Shown: positions 38,791-52,264 of the stretch, one piece after another
How the letters are laid out: each line of letters opens with the position of its first letter
Position numbering within the stretch: the stretch's first letter is position 1
Assembly: GCF_036365525.1 (NCBI RefSeq)
Contig: NC_090404.1
Location: forward strand, 6,386,001-6,450,000
Direction of reading: 5' to 3'
Length of the DNA stretch: 64,000 nt
Source: Heterodontus francisci
Taxonomy: Eukaryota
The notes under the pieces: model-generated
Told to the model about the DNA's origin: nothing
The model's database searches: none
The model's input: only the letters and a program-made list of their open reading frames with translations
Translations under genes and position numbers: made by a program

Positions 38791-41627
38791 ATATCTTCTA
38801 TCTATCTCTTACAATATTATGATGTGCTGGACAGATCCTTCAGTGGACTATTGCTACTAACAGGATTTCTGAGACACTGGATATATTTCCTTTCGTGAGA
38901 GATGGGAGCAGTTCACATAGTTCCACAAATGATAAAATAAAATTGCCTCCACTATTGTTACTGGGTAGTGTTGTTTATGAATGGACCTCATTGACAATGT
39001 TAAGGATTTGAAGTTGCCTTGCAGCCAAGCGGTAAGTAATGAGGAAACAGATCTTTGATTTACTGCACAGACCCCCAGATGCTTCCTGCGAATAACATTG
39101 GGTGCTCGAACCTCCCTGACTGCAGTCTGCTGGGTTGCTGCCAAATACTATGTGGGGCAAATTAGCGTGAATATGAATGTACAGCGATAGGGTTTAACCA
39201 TTTGAACGTTAATTTATTCAGTAGCGCTCTTATAAAAAAGGAAGCATTTTAGGTGGTATCACATCTAAAGAATGATTTTCGATAAATTCGGTGTTCCTAT
39301 CATGATAAAATGGGATCGCGAAATAATAAATTGACACACGTGACAATTAAATATAGTTCTGGATAATTAAGACCATTTACTTCGGACTGTATGAAGTCCT
39401 AAAGAGAGATTTGAATAACCCATATGCACACCGTAATGAGATAAGTGGTAATCGCTTTTGAATTAATTATTATATTCCTGATTAAAACAGGTGAATGACA
39501 GCTTGTATTTACTTATAACTTCAATAGGAATTGTAAATTGCAGTTTGTCAGTCTAATATATCTGTCCGGTTATTACATTCTTTGTGTGCAGCCCAAATCA
39601 TGTTCTTCCTTCAATGTCATTTGTTGTTCGATAGTGAGATAATTATCACTAATCTAAAATTAACCATTTTCCTCATACAAGAAGTCTTTGGCAGTCAAAG
39701 AAAAGTTCATATGGTTTTATTTAAATATTTGCAGACTGCGCAAGGCGAAAGATAGACAAATAGCACCTTGAAATTCAAGCAGATTCAGTTAATTACAAAA
39801 GGTTAATTTTAGTTTTGAATTCAATAAAAAAATATCCTGTCTCTCATAGCTGTGATGTACACAGGATAGAATTATAGACAAAGAACAGATTATACCTGAA
39901 AGTTATGCTTAATTCTTATTAAGTATTAAATTGATCAACAAAATCTCGGCTACATTTGCTCATTAAGTTTCAAATGTCGCAGATGATCTGAAAGAATTGT
40001 TCTCGTCCAATTTTACAGTGATCATTTTGGAGCTTCTTTCAAAAAAAAACACAATATATTTAACAATTAATTTACAGGGATTGTGTGAATTACGGGAGTA
40101 AAATAGAAAAACATTGTGTGATTAAATAGAGGCAGCACTGTTCCTGATCGCAAACTGTCCGGATGTTTTTGCTTTTTTCTTATGTAGTTAAGATTTATGA
40201 CAATATTTAAACAGGAGAGAGCTGCTTTCACAAACAGGCGATGTTACAGCCCATGGACAGTTAGTGAGATGTGACCCCGGCCAGGCTTGAAACTATTTAA
40301 AATATTCCGCTCCTAAATCCATCATGTGAAATACTCGCTGAGAATAGACGGACTTTGTGACATATCAACACATTCAGATACATGCGCAGTTTACAAGTTT
40401 GTGGATAGAAAGCCGGGAGGGAGTAGAAATTATTGTCCATTTTAAATTATTGAACTGCGATTCGATTTCAGTAAAAGTAATATATTTGTCTGAATGTTTT
40501 CATCTATTGATATGACGTTTATTGTTCAATTTTGATTACGTGTCATAATAATTTAATTAAAACCCCATAATTTCACAAGGTGCCAGGCAGAAACTGGTTT
40601 TGAATTAATGTTAACTATTGTTCACACTGTATAAAATCAGCTAACATGAATATTAACCTAGAATATAATAGCAGTGCTAATTCATTAAACATCAATGATG
40701 AAACATCATTAAACAACAACAATTGACTAGTATAATTGCCTGGATTCCAGTGAGAGCAAAATCTCAAGGGCCGGAGAGAAGTTTGAATTATGTCTAAAAA
40801 TGATTTAGAGAACGAAATATTTCTTACTCAGCTGTTCTTCAGCTCGATAAGATGTCACCACAGATATTAATGAATTAACTGTGTGTATTGCTTCAATGTT
40901 TTGGGGTAAAATTTAATTCTGAAATTGTTTGCAAAGTAAATGTCTCCTGATTTGCTAAATTCTTACTCTGTCACTGAGTTCCTATTACGGATATCAAATT
41001 TTCCTGAAAGTGAATTGTTTTGATGTACTCATTTTAAGGGAAACTATCTCTTACATGTTTTTAAGATTGCAAACAGACAGGGAGTAACAGTTGGAGGTCG
41101 AAGGGAGTTTTGGAAATGACTATCAGTTTAATTTTAAAGAGCTTACAGCCTTGGAGTGGTCACAATTTGACAATTGATAAATTAGAATCAAACAGCTTCA
41201 TTGAAATTGACAGATTGAACAGGTCTATCTGCTGAGAGCCCGATTGTTGCACCGTTTGTGCCTGTTCTGTTTCTATGCGCCTGCTCACTGTTTCAGGACA
41301 AGGACAACTCCGTGCAGTTTGTAAACAGTTTGGTTCGTTCTCCTGCATTTCAAGGAGTGCAACTTGATCCATTTATCTAAGAGACTTGTACCTGTCAGAA
41401 ACCTAAAATTTTGACTTTAAGTTTGATGAAGCGCCTCAGCAATGAGATCAGTATTCCAGTCTGTGACAATCCGAAATAACAGTTCAGAGACACGGCAGAC
41501 AGACTGTAGAAGGAGATTTGGTCCGTTTGTAATCAGTAATGTACCTCCCTTGGGAGTGTTTGATTCGGCAATGTAGAGGAAGCTGCAAGTCCTGGGACCG
41601 TTTGATGAGGACAGTGTAGAAGGAGAA

Positions 41628-42470
41628 ATTCTTCTTCTTTGGCCTCCTTGTCTCGAGAGACAATGGGTAAGCGCCTGGAGATGGTCAGTGGTTTGTGAAG
41701 CAGCGCCTGGAATGGCTATAAAGGCCAATTCTGGAGTGACAGGCTCTTCCACAGGTGCAACATATAAAATTGGTTGTCGGGGTTGTTACACAGTTGGCTC
41801 TCCCCTTGCGCTTCTCTCTTTTTTCCTGCCAACTGCTAAGTCTCTTCAACTCGCCACACTTTAGCCCCGCCTTTATGGTTGCCCGCCAGCTCTGGCATCG
41901 CTGGCAACTGACTCCCACAACTTGTGATCAATGTCACAGGACTTCATGTCGCGTTTGCAGACGTCTTTAAAGCGGAGACATGGACGGCCGGTGGGTCTGA
42001 TACCAGTGGCGAGATCGCTGTACAATGTATCCTTGGGGATCCTGCCATTTTCCATGCAGCTCACATGGCCAAGCCATCTCAAGCGCTGCTGGCTCAGTAG
42101 GGTGTATATGCTGGGGATGTTGGCCGCCTCGAGGACTTCTGTGTTGGAGATACGGTCCTGACACCTGATGCCAAGGATTCTCCAGAGGCGGCGAAGATGG
42201 AATGAATTGAGACGTCTCTCTTGGCTGACATACGTTGTCCAGGCCTCGCTGCCGTAGAGCAAGGTACTGAGGACACAGGCTTGATACACTCGGACTTTTG
42301 TGTTCCGTGTCAGTGCGCCATTTTCCCACACTGTCTTGGCCAGTCTGGACATAGCAGTGGAAGCCTTTCCCATGCGCTTGTTGATTTCTGCATCGAGAGA
42401 CAGGTTACTGGTGATAGTTGAGCCTAGGTAGGTGAACTCTTGAACCACTTCCAGAGTGTGGTCGCCGATA
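41628..42470 (-). mobile_element. RTE-clade LINE 3' fragment
   Basis: VQEFTYLGSTI...LLYGSEAWT...RLRWLGHV...GRPCLRFKD; C-terminal CCTCGRAC...H Zn motif; (GAA)n tail. Confidence 0.9.
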
Positions 42471-42479
42471 ATATGTGCA

Positions 42480-45400
42480 ATGCAATTCTCAAAATACTAC
42501 AAATAGAAAAAGCAGTATATTATTTACACAGAGAGACTGCAAAGGGTGGCCAAGAAATTGATAAAGGAAGAGAGAAGAGAATATGAATGCAAGCTAGTGA
42601 GAAACATAAAGGCGGATTGAAAAGCTTTTTTCTTTGGTATGTGAGAGGAAAAGATTAGCAAGAACAAATGCGGATCCATTACAGACGGAAATGGAGAATT
42701 TATAACAGAGAATAGGGGAATTTCGGAGAAACTAAACAATTCTTTTGTGTCTGGCTTCATGGAGAAAGATACAGAAAATTTCCCAGAAATACTAAGGAAC
42801 CGAGGGACTGGTAGAGGCAGGATCCCTCACAACGTTTAAGAAGTATTTGGATGAGCACTTGAAGTGCCATAGCATACAAGGCTATGGGCCAAGTACTGGA
42901 AATGGGGTTAGAATAGATAGGTGCTTGATGGCCGGCACAGAAACGATGGGCCGAAGGGCCTGTTTCAGTGCTGTATCTCTAAACTAAACATCCCAAAGTG
43001 ATGAAGAAGGTGGTTCTGGAGATACTGGATGCATTGCTGATCATCTTTCAACATTCTGTAGATTCTGGAAAGGTTCCTGCAAACTGCAAAGTAGCAAATA
43101 TAACCCTACTATTTACGAAAGGATGGAGAGAGAAAACGGGGAACTACAGACCTGTTAGTTAGTCATGGGGGAAAATGTTAGAATGCATTCTAAAGGATAT
43201 GATAACTAGACACTTAGAAAATAATGATATGATTGAGCAGTGTAAATATGGATTTATGAAAGGGAAATCATGCTTGACAAACCTGTTGAAGGCTTTTTGA
43301 GGATGTTACCTGTAGCATAGATAAAGGAGAACCAGTGGATGTCGTGTATTGGATTTTCCGAAGGCTTTTGATAAGGTCCCATACAGGAGGTTAGGAAACA
43401 AAATTAGAGGACATGGGATTGGAGGTAATATACTGCTATGGATTGAGAATTGGTTAGCATACAGAAAACAGATAGTATGAATAAACGGGTCATTCTCAGG
43501 ATGGCAGACTGTTACTAGAGGGATATCGCAAGGATCGGTGCTCGGGCCAGAGCTGTTTTTTTTTTCTTTCATTCATGGGATGTGGGCGTCATTGGCTATG
43601 CCAGCATTTATTGCCCATCCCTAATTGCCCTTGAGAAGATGGTGGTGAGCTGCCTTCTTGAACCGCTGCAGTCCATGTGGGGTAGGTACACCCACAGTGC
43701 TGTCAGAAAGGGAGTTCCAGGATTTTGACCCAGCGACAGTGAAGGAACGGCGATATAGTCCCAAGTCAGGATGGTGTTTGACTTGGAGGGGAACTTGCAG
43801 GTGTTGGTGTTCCCATGCATTTGCTACCCTTTGTAGAGGTCGAAGGTTTGGGAGGTGCCGTCTAAGGAGCATTGGTGCGTTGCTGCAGTGCATCTTGTAG
43901 ATGGTACACACTGCTGCCACTGTGCGTCGGTGGTGGAGGGAGTGAATGTTTGTTGAGGGGTGCCAATCAAGCGGGCTGCTTTGTCCTGGATGATGTTGAG
44001 CTTCTTGAGTGTTGTTGGAGCTGCACCCATCCAGGCAAGTGGAGAGTATTCCATCACACTCTTGACTTGTGCCTTGTAGATGGTGGACAGGTTTTGGGGA
44101 GTCAGGTGGTGAGTTACTCTGCAGGATTCCTAGCCTCTGACCTGCCGTTGCAGCCGCGGTATTTATATGGCTACCCCAGTTCAGTTTCTGGTCAATGGTA
44201 GCCCCTGGGATGTTGATAGTGGGGTTTCAGCGATGGTAATTCCATTGAATGCCCAGGGGAGATGGTTAGATTCTCTTTTGTTGAAGATGGTCCTTGCCTG
44301 GCCTTATGTGATGCGAATGTTACTTGCCACTTGTTCACAATCTATGTTACTGATTTGAAGGTGGGGACCAAATGTAATGTTTCCATATTTGCTGATGACT
44401 CAAAACTTTGAGGGATTGTAAGTTGTGAGGATGTTCCAAGGGGGCTTCAAGGGGACTTGGACAGACTAAGTGAATGGGCAAGAACATGGAAGCTGGAATA
44501 TAATGTGAATAAGTGTTAAGTTAACTATTTTGGTACAAACAAGAGAAAGACTGAGTGTTTCTTAAATGCTGAGAGTTTGGGAAGTGTTGATGGCCAAAGA
44601 GATCTGGGTATCCTTGTTCCTGTGTCATTAAAAGCTAGCATGAAGGTGCAGCAAGCAATTATGAAGACAAATCGTATGTTGGCCTTCATCGCAAGGAGTT
44701 TTGAGTACAGGAGTACGGAAGTCATGTTACAATTGTATACAGCCATGGTGAGACTGCACCTGGACTATTGTGTACAGTTTTGGTCTCCTCATCGCAGGAA
44801 TGGTATACTTGCCATAGAGGGAGTGCAACGGATTAATGCCTGCAATAGTGGAATTGTCTTATAAGGAGAGATTGAGAAAACTAGCCCTGTATTCTTTAGT
44901 GTTTCGAAGAATGACAGGTGACCTAATTGTAACGTACAAAATTCTTACAGGTCATGACAGGGAGAATGCAGTTAGGAAATTTGCCCTGTCTGGCGAGTCT
45001 AGAACCAGGGGACATAGTCTAAGAATATGGGATAGGTCATTTAAGACTGTGATGAGGAGGAATTTCTTTACTCAGGGAGTGGTGAATCTTTGGAATTCTC
45101 TACCCAAGAGGATTGTGGAAGCTCAATCATTGATCATGTTCAAGAAAGAACCCGATACTAATGACATCAAGGGATATGGGGATAGCGCAGAAAGTGACAT
45201 TGAGGCAAATGGTCAGCCATGATCGAGTTGAATGGCGGAGCAGGCTTGACGGGCTGAATGACCTGTTCCTGCTCCTAGATACTGCAGAATGCTGTGGTAC
45301 AGAGGGATCTGCGTGGCCTTGTACATTAATCACAAAAGGTTAGCATGCAGGTACAGCAAGTATTTAGGGAGGCAAATAGAATGTTGGCATTTATTGTAAG

Positions 45401-46010
45401 AGGATGGAGTTTAAAAGCAGGGATGTCTTGCTAAAGCTGTACAGCGCATTGGTGAGACCGTACCTAGAGTACTGTGTACTGTTTTATACTGCTTTCTTAA
45501 GGAGGCATGTAGTTGCATTGGCAGAAGTTCAGAGGAGGTACACTAGGCTCATTCCTGAGATGGCGGGCTTGCCTTCTGAAGAAAGGGTGAGAAGGTTGGA
45601 CTTATACGTATTGGAGTGTAGAAGAATGAGAGGTGATCATATTGAAACAAGTAAGATTCTGAAGGTGCTAGAGAGGATAAATGCTGAGACGATGTTTCCC
45701 CTCGTGGGGAAATCTAGAACGAGGGACCCAGTTTCAAAATAAGGGAGCTTCCATTTAAGACGGAGATGAGGAGAAATTTCTTCTCCCACAGGATCGTAAA
45801 TCTTTGGAATTCTCCACACCAGAGAGCAGTGGAAGCGGGATCATTGAATATACTTAAGGCCGAGATAAAGGGAGTAACGGGATATGGGGAGTTGGCAGGA
45901 AAATTGAGTTAAGGCCCAGATCAGAGCAACCATGATCTTACTGAATGGGAGAGCAGACTCGTGGGGCCGAATGGCTGATAGTTGCACCTATTTCTTATGT
46001 TTCTATGATA
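42480..46010. mobile_element. CR1 fragments (+) with a nested second-family LINE 3' end (43565-44340, -)
   Basis: CR1 RT and 3' motifs; MEYSPLAWMGAAPTTLKKL motif on the minus strand. Confidence 0.85.
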
Positions 46011-47049
46011 CCATCTGCCTGAACTCACAGAATATCACCCCAAGGGATCCTCCCTCCCTGTTCCATTCCTTCTGATACCATCTCTCTGAACTCCCTGACA
46101 CCATCCCTGGGATCTTCTCACCCTGCTTCATCCCTCTGATTCCATCTCCCGGAGCTACTTACCATCACTCCAGGGATCCGCCAGTGACCTTCACGCCTTC
46201 ACTACCTGAACCTTCTCTTCACTTCCTTTACCGTCTCATCAGATTCTTTCAGAGCCTCCCGGCCACGGGTACATCTGATCAGAGCCAAATATCTTCTGAC
46301 ATTTTCTTTCAATGCGGAGCTGCTTTTTATCTAAACTCCTGGAGTTCAGGCGTGAGGTCTCATGTGGTTGAATATCACATCCGGTTAAGGGAGGAAATAA
46401 TTAACGGCTGTTTTGAAGGGTTCGGAATGATACTTGGGAATGGGTTGCGTTGATTATTGAACACTTACTGTGCCCCAATATCTCTGCCCCCACCATCATT
46501 CAGAGCAGCCCTGCACTCTCAGCTATATTCATCTTTAGCAGCCTTCGCTCTCTCTGTCCTTTCCTCAGCCTCGGACATTCTCACCGGTTGCAAGGCGCCT
46601 TTAAGATGTCAATTACTGACCCCCTTGGGTCACAGTCCTGTGTCAGGGGTCACGGAAGCTAAGCGGAGGCGGGAGACGTCCCGTGACCCCTGACATGATT
46701 CAATTGGGGAAATAGCCAATCACAGTGCTGTGACCTAAGAACAGTATTGTGTCGTCATTTGCTGGCAGAAAAGCGGGCGACCGCCATGTTTATGTGACGT
46801 CCCACACTACTCATGTTTGCCGTTTATTTAAAAGAAAAATTCAGTTTTGAAAGAGAAACCGGTTTCAGTTTCCATCAAAGCAACCGCTCGCGCTTAATCT
46901 GTAAAATTGAAAGCTTGGCCCGAGTGAATATAAAAGACGGTTGTGGATGTGCGCATGTGTGGTCCGGTCTCGCAAAGTGCAACGTGGCTCGTGCCACAGA
47001 CAGCAGTCTTTCCAGCGTCTGCTCCCTAGGTTGTCGCTCACGACAGACT

Positions 47050-48878
47050 TGAAAATGAGGTTACAACCTCGTGAAGCTACAAAACACGACTACATGCATG
47101 CTATGGAACAAAAGCAGCATGCGATGGCCAGAGCGAAGCAATCTCACAATGAACGGATCAGATCAAAGCTCTGCAGTCCTCCCAGATCTAGTAATCTATA
47201 GTGGTGGACAATTGAACAACTAACCAGAGGAGGAAGCTTCCAAAACACCTTCATCCTCAATGATGGGGCAGCTCAGCACGTCAGTGCAAAAGACAAGGCT
47301 GAGATAGTTATAGCCATCTTCAGCCAGAAGTGCTGAGTAGATGATCTATCTCAGCCTCCACCTGAGGTTCCCAGCATCAAAGAAGCCAGTCTTCAGCTAA
47401 TTCGATTCACTCCACATGATACTAAGAAATGGCTGAAGGTAATTGATACAGAACACTCTATGGGCCCTGACAACATTCCAGCTGTAGCACTAAAGACTTG
47501 TGCTCCAGAACTAGCTGCAACTCCAGCAAAGCTCTTCCTTTACAGCTGCAACAGTGGCATCTATCCTACAATATGGAAACTAGCCGAGGTCCGTCCTGCG
47601 CACAAAATGCAGGACAAATCCAATCCGACCAATTACTTCCCATCAGTCTAATCTCGATCATCAGCAAACTGATGGAGGTGTCATTGACAATGCTATCAAG
47701 TGGCACTTACTCAGCAATACTCACCGATGCTCAGTTTGGGACATTCAGTTACAGACCTTATTACAGCCTTGGTGTAAACATGGACAAAACAGTTGACTTC
47801 CAGGTGTGAAGTGAGAATGGCTGCTTTTGACATCAAGCCAGCATTTGACCATGTGTGGCATCAAGTAGACCTCACAAAATTAAAGTCAACGGGAATCTGT
47901 GGAAAACTCTCCACTAGCTGCAGTCATACCTGGCACAAAGGAAGATGGTTGTTTTTGTTGAAGGGTAATCAACTCACCCCCAGTGCATTATTGCAGGAGT
48001 TGCCCAGTCCTGGGGCGAACAATCTTCAGCTACTTCATCAATGACCTTCTCTCCATCATAAGATTAGAGTGTGAATGTTCGCTGATGTTTTCACAGTGGT
48101 CAGTGCGATTCAAGTCTCCTCAGATACTGAAGCAGTCCATGCCCGCAAGCAGCAAGACCTGGACAACGTTCAGGCTTGGGCTCATAAGTGCAAGTAAAAT
48201 TCGCAACACTTAATTTACAGGCAATGACCATCTCCAACAATAAAGAATCTAACCATCTTCCCTTGACGTTCAATATTGTGGCTGCATGAGCAGATCCGAG
48301 GCTGGGAATTCTGTGGCGAGTAATTCACATCCTGACTCCCCAAATCTGGCCACCATCTATAAGAAACAAGTAAGCAGTATGATAGAATGCTCTCTGATTG
48401 CCTGGATAAGCGTAGTTCCAACAGCACTTAAAAAGCTCAACCCTTTCCAGGACAAAGCAGCCCACTTGATCGGCACTCCATGCATCACCTTATACATTTA
48501 ATCTCTCCACCAACAGCACACAATGGCAGCAGAGTGTACCATCTACAACATGCACTGCAGCAACTCGCCAAGATTCCGTCAATAGCACCTTCCAAACCTG
48601 CGATTTCTACCACCTAGAAGAACAAGGGCAGCAGACGCATGGGAGCACCACCAACTGCAAGTTCCTCTCCAAGGCCGAACACCATCCTGACTTGCAAATA
48701 TTTCACTTTTGTCAGAAACCAAGACCTCCCTCCTTAACAGCACTGTGGGCGTAGCTACACCACACGGACAGCAGTGGTTCATGAAGTTTCTGGCCGCAAC
48801 CTTCTCAAGGACAATTAGGGATGGGCAGCCAATGTTGGTCTGGCCAGAGACTCTGCACATTCCGTGGAAGAATTAAAA
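47050..48878 (+). mobile_element. Degraded RT and 3' end of the second LINE family
   Basis: GPDNIPAVALKTCAPELA, FDIKPAFDHVWH; same 3' tail as 43565-43630. Confidence 0.85.
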
Positions 48879-49991
48879 CAAAACAGACTGCGGGTGCCCT
48901 GTTGAGCGGAGAGAGTCTCTGAGCCGATTGGGGACAAAATCCGGGACCTCACAGGAGGTGGTGACCGCTCATCAAGCAAACACGGATTGAACCAAAGAAA
49001 TGGAAAGCAACTCTACTGCTCCCTGTGGAGGAGTAAAGGGATTTGGTAGTCCAGGTACTTTCCAGATAATTCCAATTTATCGTCAGCAATAAAACACCAT
49101 CCGGTCACAAAATAATCGATACAATTGTCTGCATGTCTGTCTGTTTATGGCACATTGAAGTACCATTTTGAACGGACGAATTTTTATCCTTCTTCGCCAG
49201 ACTATACAATGACATTTGATTAATGCAAAAACACTGATTCCGACAGTTCACTGACTGAGTTAACCGTGCCATCATACCTGTAATTTACTCTTGCTGTAAA
49301 TACACCGCCGTGTGCGGTGTCACCACACCGAAGTATTTCATGTAACCATTAAACTGGCGGCTCTGCAAGTTTTGTCCAAAGGTGTGGCGCTGGAGCGCCA
49401 TCCAGTGGCGCCAGGCGGTAAATGTAATCCTGACTGAAAAGTTTGTATCCTCAATTCATCAATGATTGCTCCATGGTCATGTTCAACTATTATTATATTA
49501 GAGTACTACAGTTGTCATTGTTTTATTTGTAATATTTCATTAACTGCTGCCATTTTATTGTTTTGCTGTTGCTACCGTTGCTATTTTATGTTAATTCTAA
49601 GATTTCTTGTCTCAATTTTCGGGTATGCCCAAGTCACTAACGTATTAGATGTTCATTTGCATAAATTAGATAGATTTCACGTTAATAATTCCACAATTCA
49701 TCTGATTAGACTTTTAATTTCGTAAGAATGGAAGTATTTCGGCCTCGAATCATCAAATACGGAGATAACCAACATTCAGTAACTGCATGACGCGAAGGTT
49801 ATTAATATTTTACTATTGAGTTTTAATCTGTATGTTGAATCACGATATGTATGCAGACATATATCAATACAGAGTAAAGCTCCGTCTACCCTGCCCCATC
49901 AAACACTCCCAGGGCAGGTACAGCACGGACTAGATACAGAAGAAAAAAGAAAAAAGAACGGGTTAGATACAGAGTCACGCTCCCTCTATAC

Positions 49992-51012
49992 CAGGGTTGT
50001 CCAACATACAGCCCGCCGGGCAGGATCTGGCCCGCCAAATGTTTCCATCTGACCTGAGGATGTAAACTGTACCCGGCCGTTCCTCATCCTTGCCAGGGGT
50101 CCATGACTGGTAACTTCAAAGAGGAGAACTTTCCAATTGGCTTTTTCTTCCAGACCGGCTTTAAAAAAAAATCGCAAGTCAGTTTCACAGCTGGCAGGTG
50201 TTGAGAGCCGCAACAGCAGTTCTCAACTTCGGCCAGATTCGGGGTTTTCCAGCGCCCTTTTAAAAATATGGTGGAACCCGTTGGAAAACGCTGAATCTCT
50301 TCGAATTTGTGAAACTTCTGTTCCCGCTCCCAGCACCTGCCAGCTGTGAAACTGACTTGCGATTTTTTTTTTAAAGAAAACTGATCAAAAGCAAAGCTCT
50401 TCTGCTGAACGTTACCCGCTGTCTGCAACTGTCAGACAGAGAAGGGGCGATGTCAAAGAGAGATGGGGGAGAGAGTGAGGGGGCAGAGAGAGTGTGGGAG
50501 AAATAAGAGAGAGGGCAGAGAGAGAGGCGGGCCAGAGAGAGAGGCGGGGCAGAGCGAGAAAGAGAGAGAGAGGGGAGACAGAGAGAGAGTGGGTGGGTCA
50601 GAAAGAGAAAGTGAAAGAGAGGCGATACAGGGAGAGAGACAGAGACAGGGAGAGAGAAAGCGAGGGGGAGAGGGAGAGGGAGTGTCAAAATCACTCCTGA
50701 CAAATGGACAGCTATCCGGAAGATTCTGCAATAATACAAGTGTGCGGGCAAACATTGACTACTTTTGCAAGCCAACAAGTTGTCAGGAACCTCGCTAAAT
50801 CAGAGCCAAACATAGTGACGAGAAAGTAAGTCAATAAATTAATCTTCTCATTTAAAGCTTCTTCACAAAGATGCACATTTGATGTTGTTTTGATTCAGAG
50901 TAAGATAAATATTTAATGCCTTTATCTTTACAAGATTGTTTCACAGGTCCCCATTTAACACAAAAATTGTCATGTGTCCCCCTGTCCCAGGCGAAAAGGT
51001 TGGGGAACCCTG
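49992..51012. mobile_element. Non-autonomous hAT (Charlie-like) DNA transposon
   Basis: TIRs CAGGGTTGTCCAAC and GTTGGGGAACCCTG; 8-bp TSD CTCTATAC / CTCTACAC (7/8); partial second copy at about 59790-60130. Confidence 0.8.
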
Positions 51013-51444
51013 CTCTACACTATCCCATCAAACACTCCTAGGGCAGGTACAGCACAGGTTAGATGCAGAGTAAATCTCCCTCTACACTGTCCCATCAAAC
51101 ACTCCCAGGACATGTACAGCACGGGGGTTAGATACAGAGTAAAGTTCTCTCTACACTGTCCCCTCAAACACTCTCAGGGCAGGTACAGCACGAGGTAATA
51201 CACATAGGGGTTCTTCCCGTATCTGGTCCAATGATGCGCGAGAAGGTGAAAAATAAACATTTTGCAATAAGCAGTAAATATTATTTTATTTTATTAATAA
51301 TAATGTCTCTGGTGGTGTATTTTACTCAATTGAATTGCCTTATTGCAGATTTTACTTATGTCACACTAGGTTCTGGAGAACGTGAACTGCTCCTCTTCTC
51401 ACGTCCGTTACTCCACAGGTTCCTTATCGCTGAGCTTCAGCGTG

Positions 51445-51718
51445 TCGTATTGTATTTTAATATACCACAGCGCCTAACAGCCGAGCGGTGTTAACGGTGA
51501 CAGTGGTGGAGACTTTCTCACTGTCCACAGATATTTTAAACCTTCCCTCAACTTTCTCATCTCTGAATGTGGAGACTGGGGAACTTCATCGGAGAACTGC
51601 CGGTACCAGAGTACAAGGACACCTGTAGTGAAAGTAACATTGTGATGAAGTGAAATGGTTTGTCCTTCGGTTCCTCGATGCACCGACATCGGGAATGTCT
51701 CTGAGTGACAGGGAACAG
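51445..51718 (-). pseudogene. TCR alpha/delta-type V pseudogene
   Basis: TTTGACAG acceptor; ...GTEGQTISLHHNVTFTTGVLVLWYRQFSDEVPQ, frameshift, VEGRFKISVDSEKVSTTVTVNTARLLGAVVY*; degenerate heptamer CACGCTG (51438-51444). Both Cys lost. Confidence 0.75.
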
Positions 51719-51900
51719 CTGTCAAAGCAAGAACAATAATTAACAGAATGATGCATAAAAAGGGGAATTGAATACTTTGTGATCGATACTGGCAAAATGG
51801 ACATTTCCGTGCATTTCTCTATTGATCTATCTACATATTTGTCAGTCTATCTATTTATCCACATATCCATATTTATATCTAACTATACTTATTAATCTAC

Positions 51901-52036
51901 NNNNNNNNNNNNNNNNNNNNNNNNNNNNNNNNNNNNNNNNNNNNNNNNNNNNNNNNNNNNNNNNNNNNNNNNNNNNNNNNNNNNNNNNNNNNNNNNNNNN
52001 NNNNNNNNNNNNNNNNNNNNNNNNNNNNNNNNNNNN
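51901..52036. other. Assembly gap (N run)
   Basis: 136 N. Confidence 1.
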
Positions 52037-52264
52037 TGTTCCATGTCTGTCCATGTATTTACTCTGTATTTTTTGCAACCAAACAGAATATCTTAGTCAA
52101 CATATTTCGAAGCACTGTTTCCGCAGTAACAACTAGAAGATGCTGTAACTTTGTCCAGATGGAAGTTAAATACAGGCCTGTAACATTTCTGACTATCACC
52201 GGATGTCTAAATGACTTGATTTGGGGTAAAGGTTAACGGTGCAGCGGAGATATGGCAGCAAACA

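Larger units (their letters stand above)
36205..46305 (+). pseudogene. Exon-less relic (ghost) of a paralogous IgH cluster
   Basis: Colinear homologies: 36690-36948 with 1370-1615; 37000-37185 with 7060-7260; 38795-39443 with 7265-7997; 39440-41222 with 11168-12916 (J-C intron); 46010-46305 with 24780-25225. No V, J, C or TM exon present. Confidence 0.85.

Noticed and set aside
36205-41222. Ghost cluster as an assembly or haplotype duplication
   Set aside because: Frequent substitutions and indels and copy-specific LINE insertions indicate an old paralogue.
46721-46748. CACAGTG heptamer as a possible D or J RSS
   Set aside because: No acceptable nonamer at 12 or 23 nt and no adjacent coding segment.
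49050-49280. Minus-strand TTACAG|...LTQS...KWYF as a further V relic
   Set aside because: Motifs fall in different frames, with no YYC or RSS; too degraded to call.
50371-50798. Arg/Glu- and Ser/Leu-rich ORFs
   Set aside because: Translations of the (GA)-rich tract in the MITE.
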